DNA of 63,269 nucleotides, taken from positions 1-63,269 of the IMG/VR virus record IMGVR_UViG_3300042868_013427. One strand, 5' to 3'. How positions within the stretch are numbered: position 1 is the stretch's first letter; the number at the start of each line of letters is the position of its first letter. This DNA is from a virus. Lineage: Duplodnaviria > Caudoviricetes. Shown here in pieces: positions 60,501 to 63,269 of this stretch. The position numbers and the translations under genes were made by a program. The notes beneath the pieces were generated by a model. The model was not told the origin of the DNA and did not search any database. It saw only the letters and a program-made list of their open reading frames with translations.

Positions 60501-61604
60501 ACGCAGGGGACACAGGGATTGCAAGGCAACCAAGGAAATCAAGGCGTTCAGGGAACGCAAGGTGCTCAAGGCAACCAAGGAAATCAAGGAGTCCAAGGGA
60601 CACAGGGAACGCAGGGGACACAGGGATTGCAAGGCAACCAAGGAGTTCAAGGTGCACAAGGCGTTCAAGGTCTTCAGGGCAACCAAGGCGTTCAAGGTCT
60701 TCAGGGCAACCAAGGAGTTCAAGGTGCACAAGGTACACAAGGAGTTCAAGGTAATCAAGGCGTTCAGGGCACACAAGGAGTACAAGGACTTCAAGGTACA
60801 CAAGGCACACAAGGAAATCAAGGAAACCAGGGCGTTCAGGGAATGCAAGGAAACCAAGGTACACAAGGCGCTCAAGGTGTTCAGGGTCTTACGGGTGCAG
60901 GCGTCCAGGGCATGCAAGGTGTTCAAGGAAACCAAGGCGTTCAAGGTCTTACTGGCGCAGGCGTGCAAGGCATTCAAGGCCTACAAGGCAATACGGGAAT
61001 CCAAGGTCTGCAAGGCCTACAGGGATCACAAGGTCTTCAAGGATCAAACGGAAACATTGGTCCTCAAGGCCTACAAGGATTCCAGGGCAGACAGGGAACA
61101 CAAGGAACACAAGGCCTACAAGGATTCCAAGGCCTGCAAGGCCTACAAGGATTCCAAGGAATACAGGGTTATCAGGGTCTTGGAACACAAGGAATACAAG
61201 GTATACAGGGATCTCCTGGCACAGTTCTCACTCTTGCCGCAGGAAGTTATGTTCCTACAGTAGCAGCAACAGGTCTATGGGTTCCAGATGCCATAGCTGG
61301 ACAATGTTTCCAATACATGAGAGTGGGAAATGTGGTAACAGTAAGTGGTGAAGTCTTAATTGATGCAGCAGCTGCAGGAGAAGCAAGATTTTATGTAACT
61401 TTACCTGTTGCTTCTGATCTATCAGGCTCATGTCAATTGGCTGGAACTGCAGCTACTGAATATGGCTATGTTCCTGGAGGAAATGGTGTAACTCCAGCAA
61501 GAGTATACGGAGACGCAGCAAACGATAGAGCATTGGTTGAATTTTATAACCCAGGAAATTTAACATATAGAATGTCACTTCATTTTACTTATCTCGTATC
61601 TTAA
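57585..61604 (+). CDS. Gly-X-Gln collagen-like fibre (fibre family member 3) with internal C1q/BclA-like domain
   Basis: ATG at 57585; shared N-terminal domain; GPT then GXQ tracts; [20 protein letters not shown] jelly-roll-like domain; C-terminal Y.RVGNVVTV head. Confidence 0.85.
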   Translation: MLTTEQIINALQKKLLGRVADTDPNAQVFEETISSAIRVDIGQVWAKSDLIPSTNPLSAPSFGDGSIYSDDGYDIIQKKEKAPLDFIEGSAYAFQSPSISRIIYQPGYEVTLWALSDSSLDPNNPNNYTVEIAQGVNTDYIIDPDSGVILFLNGLPDNVDATHPPRISCYLYIGPLGFEIAQGPTGPSGGPTGPVGSTGVTGPIGPTGPTGAGITGPTGAGAQGSQGPVGPSGGPTGSSGTQGPQGAQGLQGAKGVQGLQGLQGLQGLQGRQGLQGTQGTQGTQGFTGNAGAQGLQGRQGVQGPEGDIGPTGSDGYQGSQGLQGLQGQTGIQGMQGLQGFQGAQGITGDQGAQGLQGLQGQTGPQGLQGITGAGSDGAQGLQGLQGRQGTQGTQGTQGFGGAIGYYGYFLDLNDQPNNSVLSPNVITYDTTIDSSGISVQNNSEITFSYPGVYNVQFSFQVDKTDGGVDSIDIWLSQNGSNVSNSNTRLSLTEANDKKVAAWNFIVTTTTENEYVEIYWYSADVDMRLHYLGAQSTPTRPATPSVILSAQQIMYTQVGPQGLQGVQGLQGLQGVQGAQGAQGAQGNQGNQGVQGVQGNQGNQGNQGVQGVQGLQGLTGAGVQGMQGLQGNQGAQGIQGLTGAGVQGMQGNQGIDGPQGLQGTQGLQGRQGASGSNGLTGSQGMQGMQGSQGTQGLQGRQGGVGDFGPQGFQGLQGHQGIQGIQGVQGLQGNQGLTGAGVQGMQGLQGNQGVQGNQGNQGVQGTQGIQGIQGLQGNQGAQGAQGAQGVQGLQGNQGNQGVQGTQGTQGAQGVQGLQGNQGNQGIQGTQGVQGAQGNQGNQGVQGTQGTQGLQGLQGRQGNQGNQGVQGTQGSQGLQGNQGNQGVQGTQGAQGNQGNQGVQGTQGVQGAQGNQGVQGTQGLQGLQGRQGNQGNQGVQGTQGTQGAQGVQGLQGNQGVQGAQGAQGNQGVQGTQGTQGTQGLQGNQGNQGVQGTQGAQGNQGNQGVQGTQGTQGTQGLQGNQGVQGAQGVQGLQGNQGVQGLQGNQGVQGAQGTQGVQGNQGVQGTQGVQGLQGTQGTQGNQGNQGVQGMQGNQGTQGAQGVQGLTGAGVQGMQGVQGNQGVQGLTGAGVQGIQGLQGNTGIQGLQGLQGSQGLQGSNGNIGPQGLQGFQGRQGTQGTQGLQGFQGLQGLQGFQGIQGYQGLGTQGIQGIQGSPGTVLTLAAGSYVPTVAATGLWVPDAIAGQCFQYMRVGNVVTVSGEVLIDAAAAGEARFYVTLPVASDLSGSCQLAGTAATEYGYVPGGNGVTPARVYGDAANDRALVEFYNPGNLTYRMSLHFTYLVS

Positions 61605-61621
61605 TAAAAAAATCATAGAGC

Positions 61622-63269
61622 TTGTCTGCTGTAGATCTATTTAGGTCGGGACCAATAACAAACCCGCAGCCTGTAAAGGTTCGATTGGATTATCCAAACT
61701 TTGGAGATCTTTCCGGGGGTGCCGTCCTAGTCTACTTTGGATACGTGCCAGAGACAAACCCACTTTCTTCCGGATCTTTCGGCGACGGTTCAATATATCA
61801 ATACAATTCTCTAGATATAGTAGAGAAGATAGAACTACAGGAACTTTCAACAGTTGAAACGAGCCCGTACGCATTCACTGATGCTAGGCTGACACATGTC
61901 ATACCAAATAACTATGGAACAGGATACGACCCCATAGTTTACCTTCCTGATGCGAATGACAACTACACGATCGTGATGGATCCGAGGTTGTACACGCTAT
62001 TCTACTACCCCGATGAGGATAGCTTTGTGCTCTACTTTAGCATGAAGCCTTCCGAGCTTGCATACGATTCTTCAGGCATGCCAACAAAGATGCCAAAGAT
62101 AACGTGTTACAAATACGTATCGATAGTTGGTTTAGAAAACTTCATCCCAGCAGGATCAGGACTTCAAGGCTTTCAGGGCATCCAAGGTCTACAAGGTTCT
62201 GGCGTTCAGGGCAATCAAGGAAATCAAGGGGTTCAGGGAACACAGGGAACGCAAGGCAATCAAGGTGCGACGGGCGCAACAGGCGCTGGCGTTCAGGGCA
62301 TGCAGGGTCTTCAAGGAAGACAAGGGAACCAAGGCGTTCAGGGAACACAAGGTGTAACAGGTGCAGGGTTCCAGGGATTTCAAGGAAACCAAGGAAATCA
62401 GGGCAACCAAGGTGTTCAGGGGGAAATAGGCGCTGGCGTTCAGGGCATGCAGGGAACACAAGGCCTCCAAGGACTGCAAGGTTCAGGCGTACAAGGTGTC
62501 CAGGGCACACAAGGAGCACAAGGAAACCAGGGTAACCAGGGAGTTCAAGGAACGCAAGGTCTTCAAGGCCTTCAGGGAAGGCAAGGCAACCAGGGTAACC
62601 AGGGAGTCCAAGGGGCACAGGGTGTTCAGGGAACACAAGGTCTGCAAGGTGTTACAGGTTCAAATGGAACACAAGGCATTCAAGGTCTTCAGGGAACCCA
62701 AGGAACACAGGGCACACAAGGCCTTCAAGGCAATCAGGGAGTCCAAGGGACACAGGGAACTCAGGGAACTGCAGGAACAAATGGAACACAAGGCCTTCAG
62801 GGTCTGCAGGGTGCACAAGGCAACCAAGGAAATCAAGGTGTTCAGGGAACTCAGGGAACTGCAGGAACAAATGGAACACAAGGCCTTCAGGGTCTGCAGG
62901 GTGCACAAGGTGCACAGGGAGTTCAAGGAACACAAGGTGCCCAAGGAAATCAGGGAGTTCAAGGAACACAAGGCCTTCAGGGTCTGCAGGGTGCACAAGG
63001 CAACCAAGGAAATCAAGGTGTTCAGGGAACTCAGGGAACTGCAGGAACAAATGGAACACAAGGCCTTCAGGGTCTGCAGGGTGCACAAGGTGCACAGGGA
63101 GTTCAAGGAACACAAGGTGCCCAAGGAAATCAGGGAGTTCAAGGAACACAAGGCCTTCAGGGTCTGCAGGGTGCACAAGGCAACCAAGGAAATCAAGGTG
63201 TTCAGGGAACTCAGGGAACTGCAGGAACAAATGGAACACAAGGCCTTCAGGGTCTGCAGGGTGCACAAG
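61622..63269 (+). CDS. Gly-X-Gln collagen-like fibre (fibre family member 4), partial; not in ORF track
   Basis: TTG at 61622: MSAVDLFRSG...[18 protein letters not shown]...DIVEKIELQELSTVE...FTDARLTHVIP...PKITCYKYVSIVGLEN, then GXQ repeats to the window end. Confidence 0.85.
   Translation, partial: MSAVDLFRSGPITNPQPVKVRLDYPNFGDLSGGAVLVYFGYVPETNPLSSGSFGDGSIYQYNSLDIVEKIELQELSTVETSPYAFTDARLTHVIPNNYGTGYDPIVYLPDANDNYTIVMDPRLYTLFYYPDEDSFVLYFSMKPSELAYDSSGMPTKMPKITCYKYVSIVGLENFIPAGSGLQGFQGIQGLQGSGVQGNQGNQGVQGTQGTQGNQGATGATGAGVQGMQGLQGRQGNQGVQGTQGVTGAGFQGFQGNQGNQGNQGVQGEIGAGVQGMQGTQGLQGLQGSGVQGVQGTQGAQGNQGNQGVQGTQGLQGLQGRQGNQGNQGVQGAQGVQGTQGLQGVTGSNGTQGIQGLQGTQGTQGTQGLQGNQGVQGTQGTQGTAGTNGTQGLQGLQGAQGNQGNQGVQGTQGTAGTNGTQGLQGLQGAQGAQGVQGTQGAQGNQGVQGTQGLQGLQGAQGNQGNQGVQGTQGTAGTNGTQGLQGLQGAQGAQGVQGTQGAQGNQGVQGTQGLQGLQGAQGNQGNQGVQGTQGTAGTNGTQGLQGLQGAQ
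62783..63269 (+). repeat. perfect 180-bp tandem repeat (~2.7 copies visible)
   Basis: 62821-63000 is identical to 63001-63180 and continues to the window end. Confidence 0.9.

Noticed and set aside
59506-63268. Lys/Arg-rich and Leu-rich shadow ORFs over the right-hand collagen genes
   Set aside because: Same periodicity artefact.
62783-63269. Possible CRISPR array
   Set aside because: The units are contiguous, in-frame coding repeats with no unique spacers.
1-63269. Stop-codon reassignment as in some large phages
   Set aside because: Core genes are intact under code 11, and TAG, TGA and TAA all end genes at sensible positions.

Overview
A 63 kb segment of a large (probably jumbo) T4-related tailed dsDNA phage genome. 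The genetic code looks standard, and I saw no tRNA, CRISPR array, intron or transposon. Right half: a minus-strand replication operon (gp39/60- and gp52-like topoisomerase II, probable sliding clamp, C-terminal half of a split family-B polymerase, UvsX, gp41 helicase, a gp33-like candidate, gp47/gp46). It is followed by head and late genes (gp15-like, gp55 sigma, gp4, gp2, gp20 portal) and a run of large helical proteins with candidate capsid-targeting leaders. Left half: accessory genes, including IF-1, a Dps-like protein, a NAGPA-like protein, a probable DNA-hypermodification pair (amino acid:DNA transferase-like plus PLP enzyme) next to an NDP-sugar epimerase and a glycosyltransferase, and an AT-rich cassette with a 2198-aa RCC1 protein and glycosyl/methyltransferases. 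The most striking structure is a family of four paralogous fibre genes sharing a ~170-aa N-terminal domain. Three have Gly-X-Gln collagen shafts, the heads that are visible all differ, and identical DNA blocks are shared in inverted orientation 40 kb apart. About 14 copies of an ATATATA late-promoter-like motif sit just upstream of structural and accessory genes. A Bacteroidota-type -33/-7 promoter and scarce Shine-Dalgarno sites suggest a Bacteroidota host. All protein assignments come from motif recognition by eye, not database searches.
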